A DNA stretch of 64,000 bases, taken from Clostridiales bacterium (GTDB lineage: Bacteria > Bacillota > Clostridia > HGM11327). Below the pieces are notes generated by a model. It made no database searches. It saw nothing but the letters and a program-made list of their open reading frames with translations, and had not been told where the DNA came from. Below, one piece after another: positions 22,208 through 32,140 of this stretch. The stretch spans positions 6,616 through 70,615 of the forward strand of contig SVGI01000001.1 in assembly GCA_015056385.1 (NCBI GenBank), given 5' to 3'. The position numbers were made by a program, and so were the translations under genes. Position 1 is the stretch's first letter; each line of letters opens with the position of its first letter.

Positions 22208-22786
22208 TTAGTGATGTGCGTTTCTTACCGTATACGGATTATACAGCTCTGCTATGGGCAGATGAACGAGCGCACGGAGTATTATCGACGTAAAAAGAGA
22301 ATTAATGAGCATCATACAAACCACGGAGATTATTCTCGGCATACCGAGCACAATCCACCCCTGACCGTAGAGTATGCACAGCCACGTGGTGTTAAGAGCG
22401 AATGAAACGAGAATTTCGTTTATAACCACCGAGGCGCACACGCAAAGGGTGGGTATACCCCTGCGGCGTGAAAGGTGAGGCCTAAGGCAGTATCTTAAAG
22501 CAACTGCCGGTATGACGCCGGTAAGCGCCGCAGACAGTGTAAAGCCGGGGAAAAAGGCTGTGCCCATAAGGTTTAAGAGGCATCCAAAAAGGTCTGCCAC
22601 AGCGCCTACAACCCCGCCCCAAAGGGGTCCGCAGACTATACCTGCGATTATTATGGGGATAGACCCAAAGCCGATTCTTATTACAGGCAAGCCTGCAATA
22701 GGTATCTGAAACGAAAGAAGACGTGTAAATACTACGCTTATTGCGCACATTACGGCGCAAACTGCCAATTTTCTGGTGCTCTTCAT
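22208..22786 (-). CDS. ECF transporter S component, folate-family (FolT-like)
   Basis: Small 5-6 TM protein with an S-component-like sequence, preceded by a THF-riboswitch-like leader. Start placed at MKSTRKL (22786), downstream of the leader hairpin; the ORF extends to 22843. Confidence 0.55.
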   Translation of the reverse strand: MKSTRKLAVCAVMCAISVVFTRLLSFQIPIAGLPVIRIGFGSIPIIIAGIVCGPLWGGVVGAVADLFGCLLNLMGTAFFPGFTLSAALTGVIPAVALRYCLRPHLSRRRGIPTLCVCASVVINEILVSFALNTTWLCILYGQGWIVLGMPRIISVVCMMLINSLFTSIILRALVHLPIAELYNPYTVRNAHH

Positions 22787-22865
22787 CAAAAAAGACTCCT
22801 GTTCATTTGAAATAATAAATGAAACAGCAACCTCTCGCTTCAACAGAAGGTAAGGGCCTTCTGTA

Positions 22866-22975
22866 ATACAGCGGGATGCGGATAACGAACCGTGGCGCTT
22901 TATCTAAAGAGCCTTCGTCCCAAGGGCAACTCCCCGTCCCCCGAGCACTTGACGCCCGATATCCTACTCTGCTAA
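22866..22975 (-). ncRNA. THF (tetrahydrofolate) riboswitch-like leader
   Basis: Minus-strand RNA AGAGUAGGAUAUCGGGCGUCAAGUGCUCGGGGGACGGGGAGUUGCCCUUGGGACGAAGG...CGCAUCCCGCU matches conserved THF-riboswitch blocks (AGAGUAGG, GCGUyAAGUGC, GGGAyG, ACGAAG, CAUCCGCU). Followed by a hairpin (cagaagg-ccctta-ccttctg) and the folT-like gene. Confidence 0.55.
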
Positions 22976-23202
22976 TTCTATGTGAATTATACCACATTCC
23001 AGCCGTGAATAACAGTACAAAAAAAGACTTTTATTATTTTTAATTTTTTCGGATGATACCAATGTATATTGAATTTTTTCAACACAGCAAAAAGTAAACA
23101 ATATACCATCGTACTTGAAAATAAGAGATAAGGGATGTATAATATACAGAGCGTGTATCTCGTTGTAAAATACGCAAAAATAAAGATATTCAGGAGATAA
23201 AA

Positions 23203-24228
23203 ATGTCTAAAATCAGAATGGATAAAAATACAGACCCCAAGCACCCCGAAAGGCTTTTGTTTGAAAATATAACTACATATTCCTCAAAGGACAGGCACAA
23301 CCTTGTACGCATAGATAACCTTATGCGCCCCGGTGAGGAAGAAATTGAAATGTATAAGGGTGAGGGCTTTGACGAGCTTGTGGAAAGGGTTATCGCCGCG
23401 CGCAAAATCGGCGCAGAGGTTATATGGAGTCAGGGAGCTCACGTTATTAAAAACGGCCTTTCCCGTTATCTTATAGCTCTTATGAAGGGCGGAATTATCA
23501 CCCATATTTCAGGCAACGGCGCATGCAGCATACACGATTTCGAGCTTGCATACCTTGGCGGCACCTCAGAGGACGTTCCTACTGCTATTGAGGACGGCTC
23601 CTTCGGTATGTGGGAGGAAACAGGTGCTATGATGAACGAGGCTATTCAGCTTGGCGCAAAGCAAGGCTTGGGCTACGGCGAATCATTGGGTAAGTATATA
23701 GACGAGCATCCCGAGAAATTCCCTTACAGGGAGGATTGCGTTTTTTATAACGCATACAAGCTTAATATCCCCGCAACCTACCATATCGCATTGGGTACGG
23801 ATATAATACATCAGCATCCCACAGTGGACTTTGCGGCAATCGGCTACGCAAGCGGTGAGGACTTCAGAAAAATGTGTATGTCCGTTTCAAAGCTTGATAA
23901 GGGCGTATATATGAACTTCGGCTCATCCGTAATAGGCCCCGAGGTATTCCTTAAGGCCCTTTCAATAGCAAGAAATCTGGGATATCCAACCTTCGAGATT
24001 ACAACAGGCAACTTCGACCTTATAAATCTTGGCAACTTCAGATGCAAAATAGGCTATGAGGACCCCAACTACTATTACCGTCCCCGTAAAAACATCGTAA
24101 ACCGCCCCGTTAGCTGCGGCGGCAAGGGCTGGCATTTCGTAGGGGACCATAAGCAGACAATACCGAGCCTTTACAATGCTCTTATTGAAAAGGGCGCCCT
24201 TGATGCAAAGGCAGACAAGCTGAAATAA
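23203..24228 (+). CDS. Conserved hypothetical protein, possibly deoxyhypusine-synthase-like fold
   Basis: 341-aa ORF, divergent from the folT-like gene. A GGIITHISGNGACSIHDFE segment loosely resembles the DHS NAD-binding region; assignment is weak. Confidence 0.45.
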   Translation: MSKIRMDKNTDPKHPERLLFENITTYSSKDRHNLVRIDNLMRPGEEEIEMYKGEGFDELVERVIAARKIGAEVIWSQGAHVIKNGLSRYLIALMKGGIITHISGNGACSIHDFELAYLGGTSEDVPTAIEDGSFGMWEETGAMMNEAIQLGAKQGLGYGESLGKYIDEHPEKFPYREDCVFYNAYKLNIPATYHIALGTDIIHQHPTVDFAAIGYASGEDFRKMCMSVSKLDKGVYMNFGSSVIGPEVFLKALSIARNLGYPTFEITTGNFDLINLGNFRCKIGYEDPNYYYRPRKNIVNRPVSCGGKGWHFVGDHKQTIPSLYNALIEKGALDAKADKLK

Positions 24229-24284
24229 TAAGTAATTTTAAGGGACGTGCCGCCTGTTCATACGGAAACACGTCCCTTTTTAGC

Positions 24285-24785
24285 GTGAGAAAAATGGAAA
24301 AGGTAAGGCTTTTAAGCGAAATAGATATTGATACGCTCATTAAAAGGGGCATTAAGGCAGTGGTGCTGGATATAGATAATACCCTTACCCCCTGGGGTGA
24401 GCATAGCGTGGTGCCCCACGTGGAGGCGTGGTGCATCAGGGCAAGGCAGGCAGGGCTTGGGCTTTATGTGCTTTCAAACACGGCAAACCGCAAAAGGGCA
24501 ATATCCATAGCAGAAAGCATTGGCGCTAAAAGCCTTGAGGTAGGGCATAAGAAGCCTACGAGAGGCGCCTTTGAGGGCGCAAGCAGGCATATAGGGCTTC
24601 CCCCCTGTGAATGTGTAATGGTGGGGGACCAGCTTTTTTCCGATATGCGCTGTGAGAAATTCGGCTTTAACGCTGTATTGGTGGAGCCGTTAAGAAAAAG
24701 AGAAGCAAAAATAACAAGGCTTATGCGCCTTTGGGAAAGGGTATTCAAGGGCAGAAGGATAACCTACACCCTGGATGAAAAATGA
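24285..24785 (+). CDS. HAD-superfamily phosphatase, YqeG subfamily (IIIA)
   Basis: DxDxT motif (VLDIDNTLT), SNT and GDQLFSD motifs. Confidence 0.75.
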   Translation: MRKMEKVRLLSEIDIDTLIKRGIKAVVLDIDNTLTPWGEHSVVPHVEAWCIRARQAGLGLYVLSNTANRKRAISIAESIGAKSLEVGHKKPTRGAFEGASRHIGLPPCECVMVGDQLFSDMRCEKFGFNAVLVEPLRKREAKITRLMRLWERVFKGRRITYTLDEK

Positions 24786-25696
24786 TATATAAGGATTTTT
24801 GTGATATCTGCCCCCGTATGTGTAATGCAGACAGAAGGGGCGGCAGGCTTGGGGTATGTATGTCAGGATACGAGCCTGTAATTTCCCACGTAGGGCTTCA
24901 CAAGTGGGAGGAGCCCTGTATAAGCGGCGTGGATGAAAAAAGAGGGAGCGGTACCGTGTTTTTTGGGGGATGCTCCTTAAGATGCTCCTATTGCCAGAAT
25001 CACAGCATATCCTTTAAGCCACAGGGCAAAAAAATGAGCCTTGAGGAGCTTCACCTTGCAATAGAGGGGCTTATAGATAACGGCGCCTACAATATAAATT
25101 TCGTAACACCCACCCATTACAGCTACGTTATAGAGGAGCTTAACAGAGTGTATGGGCACCCCTCGGTGCCTGTTGTTTACAATACGGGCGGGTATGAAAG
25201 GATAAGCACCCTGAAAAGCCTTGAGGGGGCTGTGGACGTATTCCTTACGGATATAAAATACGCCTCGGATAAGCTTTCCGAAAGATATTCAAGGGCAAAG
25301 GATTACCCCCAAAGGGCTCTTGACGCCGCAAGGGAAATGTGTAAAACAGTTGGAGATTACCGTATAAATAATGACGGCATAATGGAAAGGGGCGTAATAA
25401 TCCGCCACCTTGTGCTTCCCGGCTGCGCCAGGGACAGTATGCGCGTTATGGAGCTTATCGCACAGGAGATATTACCCATAGCGAGGGTAAAGGTCAGCAT
25501 AATGAGCCAATATATCCCTGTTGTTAAAAATCTTCCGGACGAATTAAACAGAAAAATAAAGGCCATAGAATACAAGGCGGTGTGCGCCCACGCTCTTAAA
25601 TGCTCAATTCCAAGTGAGGATATATACGTACAGGAGCTGGATTCTGCCACCTCCCAGTACATACCTGTTTTTAATATGGCAGATAAAAATATATAA
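24782..25696 (+). CDS. Radical SAM protein, PflX-like (pyruvate formate-lyase activase homolog)
   Basis: CSLRCSYC (CxxxCxxC) radical-SAM cluster motif plus an N-terminal Cys-rich segment (CDICPRMC); overlaps the upstream gene by 4 nt. Confidence 0.75.
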   Translation: MIYKDFCDICPRMCNADRRGGRLGVCMSGYEPVISHVGLHKWEEPCISGVDEKRGSGTVFFGGCSLRCSYCQNHSISFKPQGKKMSLEELHLAIEGLIDNGAYNINFVTPTHYSYVIEELNRVYGHPSVPVVYNTGGYERISTLKSLEGAVDVFLTDIKYASDKLSERYSRAKDYPQRALDAAREMCKTVGDYRINNDGIMERGVIIRHLVLPGCARDSMRVMELIAQEILPIARVKVSIMSQYIPVVKNLPDELNRKIKAIEYKAVCAHALKCSIPSEDIYVQELDSATSQYIPVFNMADKNI

Positions 25697-25762
25697 CCGT
25701 TGAAATACTTACTTTAATTTGGTATAATCATATAAAATCAAAGGAAATGGGGCTTTTTTTGT

Positions 25763-26464
25763 ATGAAAAGCGCATCAAGCAATTCTGAATTGAAAAAGCA
25801 GGCAGGCTATTGGGCGGCAGACCAGGTCAATAATGGGGACGTTGTAGGCGTAGGCACAGGCTCAACGGTCTTCTTTTTTATCGAAAGGCTTGCAGAGAGG
25901 GTGAATAAGGAGGGTCTTAAAATAAAGGCTGTAACAACCTCCTTCCAGTCGTCCTGCCTCTGTGGGGAGCTTGGTATACCCGTGCTTGATATATCCTCTG
26001 TAAAATACGTCGATATTGCCGTGGACGGCGCTGATAATATAGACAGCGAGCTTGACGTTATAAAGGGCGGCGGCGCAGCCCAGACCCTTGAAAAAATAGT
26101 TGCGGCAATGGCAAAAAAATATATCATAATCGCAGACGAATCAAAAAGCGTAGATTACCTTGGTGAAACGTTTATGCTTCCCGTGGAGGTGCTTCCCAAG
26201 GCGTTGAGCCTTGTAAGCGAAAGGCTTGACGGAATGGGTCTTGAATACGCACTGCGTATGGGCAAGGCAAAGGACGGCCCTGTTGTAACGGATAACGGCA
26301 ACTTTGTTATTGACATAAAATTAAAGGCTCCCTATAATAAAGCGGAGCTTAACAGCAGTATTACTATGATACCGGGCGTTGTGGAAACCGGCTTTTTCCT
26401 TGGCTATGCGCAAACGGTATGCCTTGCATGTAAGGACGGACTTAAATTCCTTAACAGGAAATAA
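25763..26464 (+). CDS. rpiA: Ribose-5-phosphate isomerase A
   Basis: GVGTGST P-loop-like motif and DGADNID/KGGGAA motifs of RpiA. Confidence 0.9.
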   Translation: MKSASSNSELKKQAGYWAADQVNNGDVVGVGTGSTVFFFIERLAERVNKEGLKIKAVTTSFQSSCLCGELGIPVLDISSVKYVDIAVDGADNIDSELDVIKGGGAAQTLEKIVAAMAKKYIIIADESKSVDYLGETFMLPVEVLPKALSLVSERLDGMGLEYALRMGKAKDGPVVTDNGNFVIDIKLKAPYNKAELNSSITMIPGVVETGFFLGYAQTVCLACKDGLKFLNRK

Positions 26465-26473
26465 AAAATATAA

Positions 26474-27127
<654 letters not shown>

Positions 27128-27229
27128 TTCACACGCAGATATTATACCTACTTATACAGAGGCTGCGGAGTAAACACCGCAGCTCTTGTAATTGGGGGTA
27201 TTCAAAATAACAGATACGAAAGGTAATTT

Positions 27230-27958
27230 ATGAGCCAGGAAAGCAGAAAAAAGAGGTATGAGGCAAAGCAGAAAAGCCAGCAGAGCTTCATGTCAAAGAT
27301 AAAGGAAAAGCAGGGCCTTCTCCTCGGAGCGCTGGTTGTAGTTGTTGTAGCGTTTGTAATCGTTGCAATACTCACAAGCGGCGTACTGAACAACGGTCCC
27401 GAAAAGAACGCAGTTGTAACTATGGAAATCGAGGAATACGGCACGGTAACCATGGAGCTTTATTACGACAAGGCCCCCAACACCGTACGCAACTTTATTT
27501 CATTGATAAAGGCAGGCTACTACGATAATACCCTTATTCCCAGGGTGGCAAAGGGCTTTGTTGTACAGGCAGGCAGAAACGATGAAAAGAAGCTTGATTA
27601 CACTATAAAGGGTGAGTTCCCCAACAACGGCTTCAGGAAAAACGATCTCTCCAATGCAAGAGGTACTATTGCTATGGCAAGAAACTCCTCTAACGTAGGA
27701 ACGATCAAGGCGGAAAATTCTGCGGCAAGTGAATTCTACATAAACGTTGCAAACAACTCGGCAAAGCTTGACGGCAGCTACGCAGTATTCGGCAAGGTAA
27801 CCTCAGGCCTTGATATACTTGTAAAAATAAGTAAGCTCGATAACGACGGCAGCAACGGCACAGGGGACGGCAAGCCCACTAAGGACATAAGAATCAAATC
27901 CGTAACAGTTGAAACCTTCGGCTTTGAGTACGGTGAGCCTACAAAAATAATGAAATAA
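27230..27958 (+). CDS. Membrane-anchored cyclophilin-type peptidyl-prolyl cis-trans isomerase
   Basis: N-terminal TM anchor followed by a cyclophilin domain (FHRIIxGFMxQGG-like VAKGFVVQAG, ARGTIAMAR). Confidence 0.9.
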   Translation: MSQESRKKRYEAKQKSQQSFMSKIKEKQGLLLGALVVVVVAFVIVAILTSGVLNNGPEKNAVVTMEIEEYGTVTMELYYDKAPNTVRNFISLIKAGYYDNTLIPRVAKGFVVQAGRNDEKKLDYTIKGEFPNNGFRKNDLSNARGTIAMARNSSNVGTIKAENSAASEFYINVANNSAKLDGSYAVFGKVTSGLDILVKISKLDNDGSNGTGDGKPTKDIRIKSVTVETFGFEYGEPTKIMK

Positions 27959-27962
27959 TACC

Positions 27963-28346
27963 ATGAAGAGAATATCGTCAAGAATACTTTGCTGCCTGCT
28001 TGCAGTGCTTGCGGCGCTTTCATTAGCGGGCTGCAATAAGCGTGATATCTCGGGAAAATGGGATATATACTGTATAGAATACGGCCCCTCGGTAATAAAG
28101 TACATTGAGGATCTGCGCAAAAACGATGCAGATTACGTAAATTACCTTACCTTCGGTGAGGATAATACCGTTACCTACAACGATAACGGCAAGGTGTCCA
28201 ACGGTACCTATACGTATAAATCCGGCAAGGGCGTAATATCCCTTGATAATCTGGACAAGGTAAGCATATACTATGAAAGAGGAGTGCTTACGGTGGAAAG
28301 CTCCGGGGGAGTATGGCTGATATTCCATTATAAAAGGGCAAAATAA
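27963..28346 (+). CDS. Hypothetical lipoprotein
   Basis: Signal peptide with lipobox LAGC; 127 aa. Confidence 0.55.
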   Translation: MKRISSRILCCLLAVLAALSLAGCNKRDISGKWDIYCIEYGPSVIKYIEDLRKNDADYVNYLTFGEDNTVTYNDNGKVSNGTYTYKSGKGVISLDNLDKVSIYYERGVLTVESSGGVWLIFHYKRAK

Positions 28347-28454
28347 CAGCTTAAACATAAAGGCGCGGCAGGAAATCTGCCGTGCTTTTTTTGTTGCAAA
28401 ATTCACTGCCGTATGTTATTATGTTAAATGTAGAAAATTGAGAAAAAATGAAGA

Positions 28455-30200
28455 ATGCTGAAGCGGAGTGCAAAAATGGGTTTGCCCGTATTCAGAAAGA
28501 AAAGGAGAAAAATTATGTTAACACCGGCAGAAATAACGCAGCTTATCGAAAGTCTTATATGGCTGCTTGCAGGCGTAGGAGTGTTCATCGTAGGTATGAA
28601 CTTTATGAGCGAGGCTCTTGAAAAGAGCGCAGGCTCAGGTATGAAGCGTATGCTCGAGCGCATAAGCAACAACCGCTTGTCCGGGGTAAGTATAGGCGCG
28701 GGAGTAACGGCTATAATCCAGAGCTCATCTGCAACCTCTGTTATGGTAATCGGCTTGGTAAACGCAGGGGTTATGACACTTATGCAGGCAACTCCTATTA
28801 TTATGGGCGCCAATATCGGTACTACTATTACCGGCGTGATTGTTGCCTTAAAAAACGATTATTTCAATATGCTTATGTACCTGCTTTCATTCACAGGCGT
28901 TATGATGGCCTTCTTCAAGAATGAAAAAATAAAGCTTGCAGGCCTTTTGTGCAGCGGCCTGGGCCTTATATTCGTAGGTCTTAATATTATGAGCAGCGAC
29001 CAGGCCTTCGGCAACGCCCTGGTTGCAAAAATGTTTACTAACCTTTTTGCAAAAATAGATTTTCCCCTCCTCTTGATTCTTGTAGGCGCTGTGTTTACAG
29101 CCCTTATTCAAAGCTCATCTGCAGCTACGGGTGTTGTAATTACAATGGTAGGTACAGGGGTGCTTCCCTTGGAGCTTGCGCTGTTTATTGTCCTTGGCGC
29201 AAATATAGGTACATGCGTAACCGCCCTTCTTGCATCCGTAGGCGCACATGCAAACTCAAAGAGGGTTGCTCTTATCCACTTTACATTTAACGTTATAGGT
29301 ACGGCGCTTTTCTCCGCTATAATCTGGATATTCAAGGATGAGGCGGTAAGGATACTTACCTCTCTCTTCCCCGGGGATGATGCTATGTCCCTCCAAATGC
29401 GCGTATCAGCCTTCCACGTAGTATTTAACGTAACCACTACCTGCGTATTACTTCCCTTTGTAAAGCTGCTTGTAAATTACTCCTGCAGGGTTATCAAGGA
29501 TAAGGATGAGGAGAGCGAGGCTATGTCCTTCAGATACGTTGACGAAAGGCTTCTTACCACACCTACAATCGCTCTTATACAGGTAAAGAAGGAAATCGAT
29601 TATATGCTTGAGCTTGTAGAGGAAAACATTGGCTTATCCTTTGTATCCATGGAAACAGGCTCGAAGGAGCAAAGCGAAAGGATAGCCAAAAACGAGGAGA
29701 TAATCGACTTTACAAACGGCGCTCTTACCAAATATCTTATAAAGCTTTCCGCTGACGTGGAGGCAAGTGATGAGGTAAAAATCGGTGCGTATTTCCACGT
29801 ATTGAACGACCTTGAGCGTATTGGCGACCAGGCTGAAAACCTCCACGAAATAGGCGTGGAAATGGCAGACCGTAAAATTGCATTCTCCGAAAAGGCTCAC
29901 GAGGGTATTGCAAAAATGCGTGATACCGTAATGGAGATGTTTGAAATATCCAAGGACGCATTTGAAAACCTCAACAAGAAAAGGCTCCCCGAGCTTGGCG
30001 CTCTTGAGGACAGCGTGGACAATATGAAGAAGGAGCTTGTTGCCGCTCACTTTGCAAGGCTTGCAGAGGGCAACTGCAGTGTAGACGTAAGCCCCTACTA
30101 TTCCTCCGTTGTTGCAAGGCTTGAGCGTGTTGCAGACCACCTTGTAAACGTTGGTTACAGTATTGTAAACCCCACGGGCTCCGAAAACCAGAATCACTGA
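28455..30200 (+). CDS. Na+/phosphate cotransporter family protein with C-terminal PhoU-like domain
   Basis: Duplicated Na/Pi-cotransporter repeats (SSSATSV, SSSAATGV) and a C-terminal helical PhoU-like region. True start may be the MLTPAEIT codon near 28515, which has an AAAGGAGAAAAA RBS. Confidence 0.85.
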   Translation: MLKRSAKMGLPVFRKKRRKIMLTPAEITQLIESLIWLLAGVGVFIVGMNFMSEALEKSAGSGMKRMLERISNNRLSGVSIGAGVTAIIQSSSATSVMVIGLVNAGVMTLMQATPIIMGANIGTTITGVIVALKNDYFNMLMYLLSFTGVMMAFFKNEKIKLAGLLCSGLGLIFVGLNIMSSDQAFGNALVAKMFTNLFAKIDFPLLLILVGAVFTALIQSSSAATGVVITMVGTGVLPLELALFIVLGANIGTCVTALLASVGAHANSKRVALIHFTFNVIGTALFSAIIWIFKDEAVRILTSLFPGDDAMSLQMRVSAFHVVFNVTTTCVLLPFVKLLVNYSCRVIKDKDEESEAMSFRYVDERLLTTPTIALIQVKKEIDYMLELVEENIGLSFVSMETGSKEQSERIAKNEEIIDFTNGALTKYLIKLSADVEASDEVKIGAYFHVLNDLERIGDQAENLHEIGVEMADRKIAFSEKAHEGIAKMRDTVMEMFEISKDAFENLNKKRLPELGALEDSVDNMKKELVAAHFARLAEGNCSVDVSPYYSSVVARLERVADHLVNVGYSIVNPTGSENQNH

Positions 30201-30312
30201 TAAAATCATAAAAGAATAGTTAAGGCTCTTGTCTTTTAAGGCAGGAGCCTTTTTTGTGTATTGGGAGCATTTTATAGCTCTGCCGCAGCATACACTCTAA
30301 AAAAAGAGGTGT

Positions 30313-32076
30313 ATGTGTATGGGTAATAAAACGAGGATGAGGGCAACCTCCATTGTAAAGGGAACGCTTATGCTTTCTGTGGCAGGTGTTGCCGTAAGAA
30401 TTTTAGGGGCGGTATTCAGAATACCTCTTACCCATATAATCGGCGCCGAGGGTATAGGCATTTATTCCCTTGCCTTTCCCTTGTACAACCTGTTTTTGGT
30501 TATTGCCTCTGCAGGGCTACCCTCTGCCGTGGCGGCGTGGGTTTCAAAAAGCGTGGGTATGGGGGACTACGCCTTGGGGTACAAGGGCTTCAAGGCGGCC
30601 CTTTGCTTCCTTTTTGCCACAGGGACCCTTTTTGCTGCTGTGCTGTTTTTTTCTGCCCCTCTTGTAGGTGCGGCTACCCATAATGCCGAGGTTGTACCCA
30701 TAGTAAGGGCAATATCCTTTTCCGTGCTTTTCGTAAGCGTTATATCCGCCTTCAGGGGCTTTTTTCAGGGCATGTGCCATATGACCCCTACTGCAATTTC
30801 CCAGATATGGGAGCAGATAGTAAAGGTTGGAGCAGGGCTTCTTTTTGCCTATATTATGGGCAAAAGGGGTGGATATGTGTGGGGCGCAACAGGAGCTGTG
30901 ATAGGCATAAGCATAAGTGAATTTACAGGGCTTCTGGCGATGATAATAATGTTTTTAAGGCGCAGAGGTGAGATTTTGGCCCTTCTGCCTCAGGGCGGTA
31001 CAAGGGCTACGGGCATAAAATACACCCAAATATTAGGAGAGCTTTTGCGTATGGGCATACCTCTTATGCTTGGGTCTATGGTGATACCCGTTGTAATGAT
31101 GTGCGACCAGTACATAGTAATACACAGTCTTAAAAAAACAGAGGCTCTTTATACAATAGAGGGCTTTTTGGAGTATTGCGCCTCTCTGGGTATAAGCGCA
31201 AAGGGTATAGCCTCAATAAGAGATGCAAAAATCTATATGGGGGAGGCGTTTGAGGGGTATGTAAGCTCTGTTGCCGCCTCACTTTACGGAATATATACGG
31301 GAAGCGTAATGCCTCTTGTAAATTTACCCTCGGTGCTCGTAATGTCCCTTAGTACAAGCTCCCTTCCCGTGGTGGCAAGGGAAAGGGCTGTGGAGCTTTC
31401 CTTAAATCAGAAAAGGGGTATGGGCACTGCGGGGCAGTGCGGGCTTGTAATGAAAATCAGCTCCCTTATGCTTACCCCCTTTGCCGTTGCCTTCTTTTTT
31501 CTTGCGGAGGATATAATGAGTGTTCTCTATAAAGGGGCGTACACACCCTTTGAAATGGAAACGGCGGTAAGCCTTCTTAAAATATCGGCGCCGTCTGTTT
31601 TGCTTATGGGTATATTCCAAAGCGCCGCAACCCTTATGCAGGCAATATCAAAGGAAAGGGTGCCGCCCATAATCACAAGCCTTTGCTCGCTTGGTGTAAG
31701 GCTTCCCTTAACAGTCCTTCTCTGCATGTTGGCAAGTGTAAACGTAATGGGTGTTGCCATAAGCAACCTTGCTTTTTTTGCCGTTGCCGCAATTATTGGG
31801 GTTATACTGCTGTGTGTATTTATAAAGGATAAGGGCGGCGCCGGAATTTCTGCGGCGGCGCCGTTATTACCCGGGGGCTTAATGGGATGCGTGATGTATT
31901 TTACACTTTATGCCTGTAAGACCCTTGGCGGAGGCTCTGCCTTAAGGGCGGTAATATCCCTTATTACAGGTGGTGTGGCATATCTTACGGGCTGTATATT
32001 TACGGGGCTTGTGGATAAGGGAAACGTATCCTACGTAAAGGGCAGGCTTTTTAAGGGCAGGAGGCGCCGTGAATGA
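30313..32076 (+). CDS. MOP-superfamily flippase (SpoVB / YabM-like polysaccharide biosynthesis protein)
   Basis: 587-aa 14-TM protein of the MOP exporter family; sits upstream of mazG as yabM does in Bacillus-type gene order. Confidence 0.8.
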   Translation: MCMGNKTRMRATSIVKGTLMLSVAGVAVRILGAVFRIPLTHIIGAEGIGIYSLAFPLYNLFLVIASAGLPSAVAAWVSKSVGMGDYALGYKGFKAALCFLFATGTLFAAVLFFSAPLVGAATHNAEVVPIVRAISFSVLFVSVISAFRGFFQGMCHMTPTAISQIWEQIVKVGAGLLFAYIMGKRGGYVWGATGAVIGISISEFTGLLAMIIMFLRRRGEILALLPQGGTRATGIKYTQILGELLRMGIPLMLGSMVIPVVMMCDQYIVIHSLKKTEALYTIEGFLEYCASLGISAKGIASIRDAKIYMGEAFEGYVSSVAASLYGIYTGSVMPLVNLPSVLVMSLSTSSLPVVARERAVELSLNQKRGMGTAGQCGLVMKISSLMLTPFAVAFFFLAEDIMSVLYKGAYTPFEMETAVSLLKISAPSVLLMGIFQSAATLMQAISKERVPPIITSLCSLGVRLPLTVLLCMLASVNVMGVAISNLAFFAVAAIIGVILLCVFIKDKGGAGISAAAPLLPGGLMGCVMYFTLYACKTLGGGSALRAVISLITGGVAYLTGCIFTGLVDKGNVSYVKGRLFKGRRRRE

Positions 32077-32140
32077 TGCTTGACTAAAGCAAGCAGTAAA
32101 TGTATCATATAGGCATAAAAAGTATGAAGGGAAAAGCCTT

